From Phoronis australis (lineage: Eukaryota; Animalia; Phoronida): DNA of 64,000 nt. Position numbers and translations under genes: made by a program. Within the stretch, counting starts at the first letter, position 1; every line of letters starts with the position of its first letter. Below, piece by piece: positions 38,895-51,863 of this stretch. The stretch covers positions 124,001 through 188,000 of the forward strand of contig NMRA01000529.1 of the NCBI GenBank assembly GCA_002633005.1, read 5' to 3'. The notes under the pieces are model-generated. The model was given only the letters and a program-made list of their open reading frames with translations. It had not been told where the DNA came from and searched no databases.

Positions 38895-39841
38895 AGGCGA
38901 AGGCAACCCTTTTCCATGTCATTTTGAGCTAAAATAAGGTTGGTTGGTTATCCTAGACATATTTTCCACTTAATTACAGCTTTTCGTAATTTTATTAATT
39001 ACTTGTCCGCTCTTCCGGAAGTGACGTTTTAGGAGGCAAGCATTTCGCGCCAATTTCTTTTCATATAGTCTGACTGTGAAAGCTGCCGAGTCAGTCATTG
39101 TTCTACCTCGGTTGTGTTAAGTTCCGTCGTCGTTTGCTTTCATTTACTAGTCAGTCAATATGCCACACTGTTGCTGCGTACCAGGATATACTAATTATCG
39201 GCTCACGCGCGCTTTGGGAGTACCTTTGCATCGCTTTCCGATGGATGACACACTTCGCCGTACAGCACAAGCATTCCATTGAGGTAGGCATAACAACGCA
39301 CACAGTGCATTTGCACCAAGATGTGTCACCACGTCTGTCCTCAGTAGCCGCCTCGTTTCTCTCAACAGCTGCCTGTGCGTACTCTGCCTCGTTATACTCG
39401 GGCTCAAACATGTACCCACCCACTGAATGTCCGTGAAAAAAATTCCTCGTCACCACTGCTGTGAACAAGGTCTCCGTCACTCACACTACTGTCACTGTGC
39501 GGGTCACCGACTCCAGCCATTTTCAGCTTACAACACACTAAACAATCCCTAACTCCAACGTAGTTGAGTTCTCTACTAACCTATCTTGCTGCAGAACACT
39601 CGCCAATGGAAAATTGTGGCGACAATTGTTGAAAAAACAGCACAAAACAAAAGTAGAATAGAACAGATTCGCACGATAAAGTCAACGCAAAACCAAGTGG
39701 CGGGAAACGCTTGCCTCCTAAAACGTCACTTCCGGAGTAGCGGAAAATTACGAAAAGCTGTAATTAAGTGGAAAATATGTCTAGGATAACCAACCAACCC
39801 TATTTTAGCTCAAAATGACATGGAAAAAGGTTGCCTTGCCT
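38895..39841 (-). mobile_element. Kolobok-type non-autonomous transposon with KolX / P2X7-C-terminal-like ORF remnant (39151-39480)
   Basis: TTAA TSD, AGG termini, ~150-bp imperfect TIRs; ORF GYMFEPEY...RRGDTSWCKCTVCVVMPTSMECLCC. Confidence 0.85.
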
Positions 39842-40287
39842 TTAAGTACCAGGCATTTTGACTACACTTGAACAGGGCAGTCTCCCCACCACTTTGGTCT
39901 GCTGTGACGAACACATTGAAAACCCTTTCATTACCCTAAAATCTAAGGGCTCCATGTTTCCACGTGCCTTCCTGCAGTTTTTCCTCGTCAGAGAAACCAT
40001 GTCATGATTACAAATTTCCGTATAACCTGCAGCTGCTTAATATCATTGTCGTCAATAGGTAGCGACACCATCATCTTTCACCCTGGCAGGGCTGTATACC
40101 AATGGTGTTCAGTAAACACAGTTGGACATTGGTAGTTCATTGGTTAAAAGAGAGTCACCGAAAGTAGGGGAAGCCAAGAGGAAATCATTTCTCCACCATG
40201 CTAACGATTAGAAAAGCGCGGTGTTACAAAGCCCTTCGCTGTCTGGTCTAATTTAAATGACGAAGACTGTACATTATACCTTCACAG

Positions 40288-40432
40288 GTTCTCAGGACAT
40301 CTTTTTGGAGTATCAGGAGATATTGAGAAGTGAGATCGCGGACCTGGAAGAATATGACAGGTTTGATGCAGGCCATCAAGTCGACGATTTTATACTTGGT
40401 TGCACATACAAAGGATTCGAGTGTTACAAAAA
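40288..40432 (+). CDS. DEG/ENaC gene 2 exon 3
   Basis: GSQDIFLEYQEILRSEI...AGHQVDDFILGCTYKGFECYK; tcacag / gtaatt. Confidence 0.93.
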
Positions 40433-40849
40433 GTAATTAATTGCAGTGGCGCATCTGGGCTATCATAAGAGGGAGGCCAATATTTTGTCTCGTAGACAAT
40501 CTTGATAAGAGTGCTGCTGAGGCTCGTAGCGGCGGAATGGGGTGGCGGTCGGGAAGGGGATTCTCCCTTCCTTCCAGGGTAAAATTTTGTTTTTGCCACT
40601 GAAAACAAGTATTTTCCTTGATTTTTTGAGTAATACTAACCGTTTTCTGGGCCAGGTTGCTACTTGCGACTAGCGCTTATAAAGCTCACAAACCAGTTCG
40701 CATTCTGAAATCTGACGTCGCTACACGGAAAGCGTTCAGCTCGGTAAGTTACCCGAAACAAAAAAACGCCTTGGATTCTAGACTTTAACGTGCTTTACGT
40801 ATCAATATCACCTCCTGAAAGTGGATTTTTTAAATAGAACAATTAACAG

Positions 40850-40990
40850 TTCTTGTTTTAAACCATTTAATCGGTTTAACCTCGGTATCGCCGCTTGTGA
40901 TTTAAAAGCGAAAACCATAAATCTTACGTACTCGAACACACGACCTCGTGGTGAGAGAGCGGCACTCTTCCATTTCGACACCACGCTTTC
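40850..40990 (-). mobile_element. tRNA-derived SINE head
   Basis: Minus strand GCGTGGTGTCGAAATGG (A box) ... GTGTTCGAGTAC (B box); not a foldable intact tRNA. Confidence 0.5.
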
Positions 40991-41529
40991 GCACAAACCT
41001 CAATGCTAAGAGACATACCTGTTTATGGTCCCCACCGTTTGCATGCGAACCTGCTCCATCCTCTAATAATTATTGCAAGTTTTATATTTTGTGCAACCAG
41101 TTTGTAGCAAAATTTTTTGTGTTTAAAACAGTCTTAAGTTGCCAACAATCTAAATCCATTTTTTTGTGTTGGCTTCCCAAATCCTTATAATTTCAATGTT
41201 TTACAGAGAGATAATTATGAGATTCTGAGAGATTCGCTGGGACTTCGGTTGAAAGTTACTTGTAACCAGCAGCTTCTGTTTCTTCATCGTCATTCAGTTT
41301 CTGTTTTCTTTGAAAAAATGTGTAGTGGAGCAGACGACAGAGCCGGAGTGGTAGTGGCAGCGCCATTGCCACTTGAAACCGGGTCTGAGCCCCCCACCTC
41401 TACATACACAAACTTAAACTCCACATATTGTCAAATCTTGTTTCGATCGTATAACGGGGGTTAACTCAACTTTTCTTACAACTATTATTAAAATTTCTTG
41501 GTCTGTTTACACCGACCTCTAGTCTATTT

Positions 41530-41580
41530 ACACTGTCACGACGTTTCGGTCGGTCTATTCTCCGGCCATCGTCAGGTGTT
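41530..41580 (-). ncRNA. Minimal hammerhead ribozyme-like motif (probably degenerate)
   Basis: ACAC-CTGACGA-T-GGCCGG-agaataga-CCGACC-GAAA-CGTCGTGACA-GTGT; cleavage triplet non-canonical. Confidence 0.6.
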
Positions 41581-41640
41581 CCCGCGTACTTAGAAGAACG
41601 AGCACGGATATGTGGAACACTCATGGTGTGATGTTTTGTC

Positions 41641-41716
41641 CTAGACATGATTTGAACCCACTTCTAAAACTACAAATTATTCGAGTCCAGCATCTTAATC
41701 ACTACACCACGGAGTC
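41641..41716 (-). pseudogene. tRNA-derived sequence (tRNA-Ser(CGA)-like)
   Basis: TGGTGTAGTGATTAAGATGCTGGACTCGAAT...GTGGGTTCAAATC; A and B boxes, long variable region, broken anticodon and acceptor stems. Confidence 0.55.
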
Positions 41717-44559
41717 ATGCATTTACTTAATTGGAATTTAATTATACTTAAACCTTCCTAAGTAGACTGAGCCAGGTGTCACGTGGTTGTTTGCTTGGCT
41801 GACTAAACACATTGTCTTGTACATGTACAAGATGTACCTGGCTTCCTTGATCTTTCTCTTGTCCTAACCTGTTTTACTGTCAAGTATTCGGATGTTTTTC
41901 CACTGGATATCGTGTTGTTTCGACCACATGTGTTCTGCTGCTCCTTTTGAGGTATTACCCTCTCTACAGCACCTCTTATGTTCAGCAATTCTCGTCACCG
42001 ATATATGATTCACCACATTCACTTTGGATTTTATAGATGACATTTTTCTTTTTCCCCATGTCAGTTTTTGGTTTGACTTTTGTAAATCGCCGACCCAGTG
42101 TATCTGAGCTGCGGTATACTGTTCTTATTTTAAATTCTTTACATATGCGTCCTAGCTTCTCGGTTATTCCGGGTATATACATGTGCGGTTATGTCGGAAC
42201 TTCCGTCATACTCCTCAGTCCCTCGATCAATTGGATAGTCGACAATGAAGGGTGCCGGGTCTTATAATATAACCCATTTTAACTAAGGGTAGAACGAGGT
42301 GTAATGCCGTGGCTGTGATAAGAGAGGTTGCATCCTCATCCCAGCGTGTTCGAATTTGGCATCTCATGTTTTGAGTTCTAAAATTAACATAAAAATTTCA
42401 TTGTGTTTCAATACCTGATATGCAGATTCGACATTTTGAAAGTCGTGCCCTCTGGTGCTACGGTGCATCTTTGCATTGTCCCGGATGCTGTGTCCCATTA
42501 AATTGTGAATATGCAAATGAAGCACTTGTTCACAAACAACCACGGGTCTTCCATTGTGCCCGAAACCATCCCAAAACCAGTTAGCATTACATTACAATCC
42601 CGTTTTGCGAGAATATTTTTATGTAAATGAGTTTGGTAATACATCTATGCCATCGTTACCCTAATGAAACAAGGCGCATTTTTCATTGTTTGTTCATTTC
42701 ACTATCAGATTTCCATTGGGTAATATTTGGAAGTACTAGGATTTTCTTTACGTTTACCCTCATTTTTAACTCTAATCCTGTGTAGAGCTCAGAAACGCTA
42801 GGACCTGCACTAGGACCACGGTAAAATCTTGCCACAATCGTGTGCTCTCCTCTAAACAACACACCAGTATCTCACGTAATCTCGCGAAGTCTTTCTCTCT
42901 AGCAAGGTCCTACCGTCACTGAACTCAACGCGTCTGAGCCTCTATTCAGAATATTTTCCCTATGTGGTGAGCTAAGTACGTCACCATTACTGCTGTACAC
43001 TGGACTGTTATGAAAGTGACTCAGATTACTCGCATGTAACTAATTGAATTGGAAATTTAAACGGAAACGCCAATTTCATAGAACTGTAGTTAACGTAAAA
43101 GTTCTTCATAATTTAATGGAGATTTTCATCATACGTAGAACTTCATCTTACCCTTAGTGAAAATAAACTGACCCACAGTCATCCTCCCACGCCTGGCTTC
43201 AGCCACAAAGAAACTGTTTCTACACTTACATAAAACTGTCAATATCACCCAAACTAGTAATCACAATTATAAGGTTTAAAAGAAAGAAATGTAGAGGATG
43301 ATGTGAACTGATCAATGCGCACGTTCGCATATCTAAACAAATTAGGGGTCTCTTACAATTTTTAATGAAATCCACAAGTTTCCTGGGGAGAGTGTGCTCA
43401 CCTACCGCTTGCAGATGCAGCTTGTCATAGTCGAATGAATCGCCCACCGTATTGCATGAGATAGTTGACAAGTTGACTGGCCTGGCCTAGCGCAGTAGGA
43501 GCGACATCCAGAAACTTGGAATACATTTAAATCAGTCATGGTGTCGATTGAGTTAAGAGATCTGTTTTTTGTCGCTTTCGAACTTTTGTCCTCGTATCCG
43601 AATTATTCTAATGAACAATATCACTCATATTCCCCTGAAAAATATGTTAAAAGTTTTAGCAGCATCCCTACACAATGTATATTAAAGTATGAAAAATGGT
43701 GAAAAGGCGTTGCAAAACTATAATACTAGCATTTGCCTTGCACCACCTTCAATTGACCTATCGCCAGGATTTTGAGTGACGGATTTACTGACCAGTCAGA
43801 ACGCAGCATTCTTAACACACCTTTGTTTCCAATTTGCCATTTTACCCGACAAACACGTTGCCGGATAAAAGTTACTGTTTGTCGACATTGCGCAAGGGGC
43901 GGAGCTTGCGATAGGTCAATTGAACGCACTTCGTGCCTGCATAGCCACAACGCAGCCATTGTTTGAGCTCCGCAACAGTGCACGCTTCAAAGGGCTTGTC
44001 GAACTCAAAATTTCGTTCACTTTTGTTTATACAGTTCACACGCATCATGTGCCGGCTTTCGGCTACTCAAGTCAATCCCAATACGCAACGCTTCAACTAC
44101 TTCCTGCCACGAGCACTACGTTTCTGCATATGGGCTATTAGCTGATTTTCCTTAAAAGCGGTTACAGATTTTAATTTTTAGACTGGTTCCATCATCTGTA
44201 CATGTACATGTATGGGACAGTGTCAAACTATAACTTATACCAGAGTGTTCCATCAACAAATTGATATTCCCATGTTACTCGCTCCAAAGAATGACTTAAG
44301 GGTCTTCAACAATTTTCACCACATACATGCAAGCATGTGTGGGAGTGTGTATGATTTCGGTGAAAACTGTATGCAACAGGCTGTATTACATCAAACCGTT
44401 TAGGATTAATCAGAGTGACGCAATCACGATCCTTGCCGTAACGACTCCTCCAAAAATCCGCAATTTGCCTTTTTAAGAGCACCTTAATTGCCCTCAAAAG
44501 AAGTGACAAAGGATTGGTTCCAGTCTGTCTCATCAGTGACGTTTACTGTCGCGTTTACC

Positions 44560-45500
44560 ACAAGCATCCATTTCTCACGCATGAACCGCTCAGACCTGTG
44601 GTGAGGGATTGCTACCCACTCCTGTCCCAGCGGACGCCAGCGTTCGCCTAAAGTGGCCTGGTGTGTGACACCACATCACACTAGTCAACCACCCTTGTCC
44701 CACAGCTGTTCTATGTAGTATACATGTAGGTCACAAATTGCTACAGGCGTATTCTAGATGGTGTATTCCTTGTTGTTGCAGATGATATTCTATGGCCCCT
44801 TTGCGGTGCGGCCATGCATTGTCGTCTTGTAGGATTCCTCTTTTACCAAGCGTCAGAACGAAAGGTATGGTTACGGGAACCAAATCCAAGTGCGTTTAGA
44901 CATTGTTGTAGATGAGCAAGTGGAGTTCTTCCGTTGGAGGAGATTCGGCCTCACACCATAACACTATTTCCATTGCATGGTGTCTCATTTGTCATGCAAC
45001 AGTTTCTAATTATTGCACCTCACGTCTCCACACAGCCTGCCACCTCCTTATAGCGACCGCAAGCAAAACGAGTCTCATCAGAGAACCCCACGGTCCTCCA
45101 CTGTTGCTGGTTCCAGAGATTGTGTTGCCTACACCATCTCATTCTGTCATAGCTGGTTTCCTTCTAGGAGGCTCTGATCTTACTTCGGCTGAATAAAGGC
45201 GGCTCCTCAACATCTATTCGCTCATGTTCAGGTGTTGCCCTCGCAATCTCTCTGTAACTTCCCGCGCTGCAATCTGCTGACTGTGCCTACTCTGGTTTTG
45301 TGCTGTAGCCCGTGGGCGACCGTTTCGTTAAAAGTCATGGACGGTACAAGAATCTGTGACTTGCGAAGAAAGCGTTGCACTATACTGACAGATACACTGT
45401 ACACCCAAGTTGTTCGCGAGCTCTCTGCTTAAAGCTCGATTCGAATTGACCAACAGCCCGAAGTCGATTTTCGACCATATGTGGCGTGGTTGACGCCCAA
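44560..45500 (-). mobile_element. Tc1/mariner transposase pseudogene (ends approximate)
   Basis: Minus-strand fragments RWCRQHNLWNQQQWRTVGFSDETRF, GNSVMV*GRISSNGRTPL, LQDDNAWPHR, IEQLWD with stops and frameshifts. Confidence 0.85.
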
Positions 45501-46479
45501 AATAACACTTACAAAAATGATCTGATTTCTTAAGAAACCTAGGAACTTTATGCAATCATGGCCTACTAACTCCATTCTTCGACGCGTTGTGGGAATCAGT
45601 AGTGCCCCACGGTACGCCATTGAGCATCAATCTGCTGGAGCTCCTTACAGGAAGCAGTATACTCAATAAAGACATTCATACATGTAGTTTCATTTGACCA
45701 ACAGAATTTCTCCACAGGACTACCCCTACGCTCTGAAGTCTATACTTTTTTGTAAAATTTGCATTTCCGTGAATCTGGCTGCGAACCAAATGTCGAAATA
45801 TCTATTTTACGACTTATGATTCAGACCCATGCGACTCTAAAAGCTTCATTTCGAAATGTTTAAAAGGTTTTTGCAATGAACGTTATACGAGAATGTTTTT
45901 CTTGGAATATACATGTACTATTAGTGCATTTTTGAATTTTTGAAAACCAATCATTACTGTCCAATTTATGTACAGAAAACTGAAGGGTGTTACTTTTTGG
46001 AGTATTTAGTACATATTTAAATGTATTAAAGTACAATTGTAACCTAATTGTACATTAATCTGAGTGTTTTAATATTATGTTGCTAAGCCTGACTAGGCTC
46101 ACTTGGAAATCATTGGATTCACTGACCATGCCACGCAGTCTTTGAAGGGAGTTGAAATGAAATAGAACAAAAAACGATCTTACGCATAATGGTGACAGTT
46201 CTCAATCTGTTCAGATGTTAAGTGGAGGATGGACTGCATTAGCGCCACGTAGCGTTCACTGTATTAACTTCATAGCTGTATAACGCAGTGCATACATGTA
46301 CATTTAACGTCCACACTACATGTATAACTGGTGACTGGCTGAAGTGAGTCTAAAAAAATTTCTTCTGTGTCAGATACATGTAACTAACATGATAAAACAT
46401 TACATCAGTCTGAATTGAGAGTTGTGAGTCTCAGTTCTAATGTTGGAGGTTACACAGCTAACATATTTCTCAATTGTAG

Positions 46480-46592
46480 TGACATAACACACTTCTTCGA
46501 CCCGATGTATGGCAACTGTTACTCATTTAATGGTGACAGGGATCTCAATATTGAAGACTATATGAGAGTATACTCTACCGGTCCAGGAAACG
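46480..46592 (+). CDS. DEG/ENaC gene 2 exon 4
   Basis: DITHFFDPMYGNCYSFNG...STGPGNG; ttgtag / gtgcgt. Confidence 0.95.
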
Positions 46593-47204
46593 GTGCGTTG
46601 TTTAATGACTCAAGGAGTCGGTATTTGGTGTTTTAAATTTCAACAACGTTCATGTTTATATCCACTTCATTTGGTGATATAAACCTAGTTTCCGTTTTGT
46701 TACATTTTACTGTTATTGTGTTTTATTTTTTGGTACAATTTAGTAGTCACAAAGGAACCAGTTTGCTCCACTGAATAGCGGGCAATCAAGCAGGTTCTCA
46801 AAGTCCGGGACCTTTCTAAGTGATTCTCGTCAATTATTTTGATAAAAGCTACATTTGACACTGCATACGCAACCCCTTAACTTGTGTATACTGTTAAAAC
46901 AAGATATTTTGGCTGAATTTTAACAAAATCAAGCACATCCGTTAAACCTTATCTGTCTACTTTTTGGTGAGGTAAAAACGTTAAGTTGTTTACTTTCAAT
47001 AACTTAAAACTACTACATGTACATGTAGTCCTCCTTAAACCTGTCTTTGTCCTCGGTCGACTTGTACTTTACTATTCAATAGAGTTATAGCAGTTCAAGT
47101 GAAAGCGTCTTGCCGTGTATTTTCTCAGTTTAGCACAGGGTTGGAGAGTAAGAGGGGCCGAATGTGCCCACCAAATTGACCTTGATGTGACATTGGTTTC
47201 TTAG

Positions 47205-47365
47205 GCCTAACGCTGACGTTGAACATTGAACAAAACGAGTACCTGCCTTTCACCCAAGAAGCTGGAGTTCGTATGGTGGTACATAACGATACAGTTATGC
47301 CCTTCCCGGCTGACGAAGGAATTAACTTGGAGCCAGGCAAACTGACCATGGTTGGCATTAGGCAG
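47205..47365 (+). CDS. DEG/ENaC gene 2 exon 5
   Basis: GLTLTLNIEQNEYLPFTQEAGVRMVVH...VGIRQ; cttag / gtacgt. Confidence 0.95.
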
Positions 47366-47539
47366 GTACGTAATATTCCAGCTGTGTTTAGCCAAGTTTG
47401 ACCAGTTTTGATAGTGCATCATCTTTTTTGATACTTGATTGTAAGCTTCAGCCTCCTTTTCAATAACTATTGCTCGGTAAAAATAAAAATATTTATCAAA
47501 GTGCAACTAAAGTTATGCCATATGCTAGAATCATTTTCG

Positions 47540-47803
47540 ACTGGCATTGTTTAAGATCAATAAAATGTTCCACTTTCTAGTCCACTGGCATTGTTTAAGA
47601 TCAATATAATGTTCCACGTTCTAGTCCACTGGCATTGTTTAAGGTCAATATAATGTTCCACGTTCTAGTTCACTGGCATTGTTTAAGATCAATATAATGT
47701 TCCACGTTCTAGTCCACTGGCATTGTTTAAGATCAATATAATGTTCCACGTTCTAGTCCACTGGCATTGTTTAAGGTCAATATAATGTTACACGTTCTAG
47801 TCC
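47540..47803. repeat. 44-bp minisatellite x6
   Basis: actggcattgtttaagatcaatataatgttccacgttctagtcc; contiguous units with no spacers. Confidence 0.95.
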
Positions 47804-48765
47804 AGAGGGTCAGTAGGAAGTAGAAGTTGTACACGTATAAACACAAGTCTGAGTTCTCAAATGTGCTGTGTGTTCTCAAGCATGATTTACAAAAGAATTT
47901 GGAATGCTCTGTTTTCACTGTTGTTACGAAAATTGAATGGATTATTAGAAAACGTCTTCTGTTCTATTCACTTGACCTTCACGGATTTCGGCAATCCCAA
48001 AATTATTAGTTCAAAACATGTCTGTTAATAACACCGCTCAACCACCTGAAAATCCTCATTGAAATGTATTTGTTGGTACCCCTTGAACTTTTATCGTATA
48101 CGAATTATTTTTCATTTCATTGTCCCTGTCAATAACGGGTTATTGAACAACAGGTCTTGAGTTCCTATGCTCACATAATTTGCAGCAAATCCTTCGATTA
48201 AAATAGCTCCTCGCCAACTTATCGGATGTCGAAAATACGGCATGAACAAAATATAGAGAAATGTCCACTGTATGTTTTGCAGACAAACTAACGACCTCGT
48301 TTTTGGATAATATCAGTTTATCGATCAAAAGCCAAAACTCTGAATGTAAACATTTGTTTGAAAACCATCGTTTGACAAAACTTGAAGTAAAGCTAGCAGT
48401 TCTGTTCTGTACAACTGTCTTTTGTGATTGGTTGGTGTAAGCATTCCTGTTTGGGCATGTTGAAGTTTATAAATAATTGCAGCCACTTTTGTTGTAGAAG
48501 TACGAATATGAACATATGAGCATCCACTGTTCCACAGACTCATACACGTACTTCACAAACAGTTTTATTCCCACATCATAGAAGGTTGCCGTTAGCAACT
48601 CTACTTAGAGCGGCAACATGCAGGTTGTGCCAGCTTTCCGCCCAAAAGCGATATCTTCCTTTTTAAAAATATATGTGTCTTATGGACTTGGAAAGAACTG
48701 CCACTTCGTTATTTTGAGACTAAGGTTTACAAATTACATTGTAACGGCGTGACATTTTGTACGCC

Positions 48766-48873
48766 GAGCACGGTTTTGTGCGCGGTCTCGTGCGCGGTCT
48801 CGAACGTGGTATCGAGCGCGGTATCGAGCGCGGTATCGAGCGCGGTCTCGAGCACGGTCTCGAGCACGGTCTT
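48766..48873. repeat. 12-bp GC-rich minisatellite x9
   Basis: Consensus gagcgcggt(a/c)tc. Confidence 0.9.
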
Positions 48874-49697
48874 AAGCAGCAATAACGAACTGTTAATTCT
48901 TTGCAAGACAATCAAATTACTTCTCATCTGTGTGAGACCAATTTTATAGTGTTTAGTAGTATACAATGTAAATTATAAGTTAGTTTCTTCGATGGAACGC
49001 ATGTTGGAAAATGTGTCTTCCACGTTCTCTTTTTACCGGTGTCCTGTGCAAACAAGTTCTCTTCAACTGTCACCGCCAATGGCACAGTAAATGAGGTTCA
49101 CGCAGCCAAATAGTGTGCCCACAGTTTGGTGCAGTTTATAGAAGGCTCATGGCTTACGAAATGCACCACCAGGGTAGATTTTCGTTGACGCAGGAATACA
49201 GATAAAAGAGTTACACGTAATGTGATCAAGTGCTTCGCTTGTAATTCATGCCGATATCTCACGAAGTCGCGTGTTTGCGATATTCTCACCTCTACGCCTC
49301 CACGACAGCTCAGGATTGTTGTCGAAATCGTTCAACTTTCATGAAACAACCAATTTCAGAACGAATAACATGCGCATATTTCGCTTCATTGGCATCACAT
49401 CTATAAAAGGTAGAATCGTGATTTTCTAATTTTAATTTGAATAATGTTCCTCAAGTTTTCTGGATGCGGTCGTGTCTGCAAATACTTATTTGAAATTTAC
49501 TTATTTTAAGGTATTCTTTTTTAATGATCAAGTCTTTAACCGGAAAAGCGTTCTTTATTTTTATATATTCGTGCACTTATTTATTCAATAGTTAATACAT
49601 GGCTGTGTTAAGTTGAAGACGCGTCTGGTTGAAGGCTACCACTTTGTAACAGACATGTAAAGTTCCACTCGCACATTTTTAACAAATTGCTCTTTAG

Positions 49698-49808
49698 GTT
49701 CAAATGGCAAGGATAGGAAATCCCCACGGAGAGTGTATAGACCCTGCAGCGGACAATGCCGACCGCAATCTTTACCAGGAAGCGTATAACAAGCAATACT
49801 CGTACCAG
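49698..49808 (+). CDS. DEG/ENaC gene 2 exon 6
   Basis: VQMARIGNPHGECIDP...KQYSYQ; ctttag / gtattt. Confidence 0.94.
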
Positions 49809-51439
49809 GTATTTAATAATTTGAATATAAATGGACCAATCACCAATATTAGTTTTAACAACTATTTGCTGATATCCTGGGGCCGGTTCTGCAAATGCAA
49901 GGCAAGCGCAAGTACAGCTACTGCGATCTGGTGCTTTGCTTCGGCTGTTGTACTATTTATTTTGTTTCTTATGTCCTGTATGTATATGCACGTGCTATTT
50001 TGTCTTTCAAGTGTATTCGTGTGTGTATATCGAGTGAGTCAACCTGCTAAACAGCTATGCACAGTGTAGTCTCTGCCGAATCCCAGATTGCCTCTAAACG
50101 GAAATACAGATTTTTACTTTGTGCAAATGGTAGCATGGCTTGACACAATCAAAGTGTTTCGCTTAAAAAGATGCCACAGGATGACTGTCAATGTCCAGGA
50201 TTATCATGAAGTCTGCATGAGATTCTGCGGAGCATTTCAGTTGTTCCTTTTTGTTTCGCTGAAAGTTTTCTATTACAGGGTAAACTATGGAAACGAGAGA
50301 TGAGAAATGTGACATTTTCACGTGACACGTCCTCGTAATAAATGTCGGTATTTACTTCTGGGCCCAGTAGCATAAAAGTTATACGCTGTATAGCAACAAT
50401 GACGTCGCATTATCACGCGCCACGTTGTTATTGTTGAACAATGCTCCTGACGTAATGCAACAATCTAACTTATCCTACTGATAACTTTGAAGTTTTATGC
50501 AACCCAGCCCTGCAGTGTTACAAAACAAACGTGTATTCTATTTCGTGGCGGATGTTGCATGAGTTGGAAGGGTTGGCTGGCCTCAATTTCCATTTTCCGA
50601 CTATGTAGCATTTTGTAGCTAATGTAGGACCTTTTTTCTGAAGCCAGGAGGAAGGCCGGGGGCCTCAAATAGCCCAATATTTGTCGGCCTCACCGTATGG
50701 AACTATGACTCAAAAAGGGCTAAGCTCAGTCCAAGAACATGGCGATAGTTATTTTTCGAGACAATTGATTCCGGGTAGACCCTATGTTCCCTTACATTTT
50801 GTGCGCGCGTAGTTCTCATCACCAACGTACCGTATAGTAGGTGTCTGCAGTCGTATAAACGTAGTTAATTTCTTACGAAGTGCGCTCATTTCTCGTTAGC
50901 CTCATGTCTTGTCGGAGGTGTCCTTCACGTAGGGGCAGTGTATGAACTCCTGTGTAAAACTGGTAACACATGCGTTTCTTGAGGAAAGAATTTCGATCGT
51001 GAGCATAGATTTGCAGAACATAGGAACATGAAAAAATAGAGCTCTTGAAAAATATTTGCACTTATGAGTGAACAAAGCTATCAGTGGAATGCCCTTTCTT
51101 TGCGAGGGTGGATTATTACGAATCCTGCGACTATTGTCCCCAAACACTTTATTTGAAGAAAGAAGTAGTTAATTAGACGACAGAAAGCATTTGACTAGAG
51201 ACGTAGTATACACAGAATGTCTAATGGGATGTTTTAAACTACGTCAACGATGATGAAAATTATATATACCTAAACCACCTAGGTTTTACCATTGTGAGAA
51301 GAACATCTAACTGTTGCATTATCTTTTGGTGACAGTGACATACATTGTATCTCAGTCACGAACTAGAACACACGTGTAGATGGGAGAACAAGGGCTGTTG
51401 TCTCCCACGCCTTGTTTGTTGAGAACATTTCTTTTCCAG

Positions 51440-51566
51440 GCTTGCAAGAAGACCTGTTTCCAGAACGCAATTGTCAACCAATGCAAATGCTTTGACTACA
51501 ATTATCCAACTCCTGCAAATGCATCGGACACTCTTGACGCATGCAGTTTTGCAAGTCTTGTGCAAG
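51440..51566 (+). CDS. DEG/ENaC gene 2 exon 7
   Basis: ACKKTCFQNAIVNQCKCFDYNYP...ACSFASLVQ; ttccag / gtatat. Confidence 0.95.
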
Positions 51567-51863
51567 GTATATTCTCAGTAAACCCTTTCCTCTATACTAT
51601 CGCAGCAAATCGTGATTTGTTGTGGGGGTATTTTCCAGAGGTGCTCGACTCATAGCATTTGGTAGCGCGCTTGTTTACATACTTAAAAAAAAGCTTTTAA
51701 CCGAAGTTTCTGTTTTGTGCTTCGAGGCTTGGCTCTAAAACTAATTTCAGAAATAATTATTATAATTCATTTTTGGGAGAATGTGTACAAATTATTTTGT
51801 CCCCTAATATTCAATTCTCGTTTATTTTCCTATTTATTTATAAGTATGTCTCAACATGGTTAA

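Larger units (their letters stand above)
41470..42290 (-). mobile_element. Penelope-like retroelement 3' fragment (GIY-YIG endonuclease start, tRNA-like segment, hammerhead motif)
   Basis: YIPGITEKLGRICKEFKIRTVYRSSDTL...NVIYKIQSECGESYIG (41982-42182) is typical PLE linker plus GIY-YIG; CTGACGA..GAAA motif downstream. Confidence 0.82.

Noticed and set aside
40920-41716. Functional tRNA genes
   Set aside because: Both tRNA-like segments keep A/B boxes but have broken stems; treated as SINE/retroelement-derived
47540-47803. CRISPR-like array
   Set aside because: Units are contiguous with no unique spacers, eukaryotic intron, no cas genes; it is a minisatellite
48720-48966. Repetitive ORFs (PRSI / TALD repeats)
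   Set aside because: By-product of the 12-bp minisatellite being open in several frames
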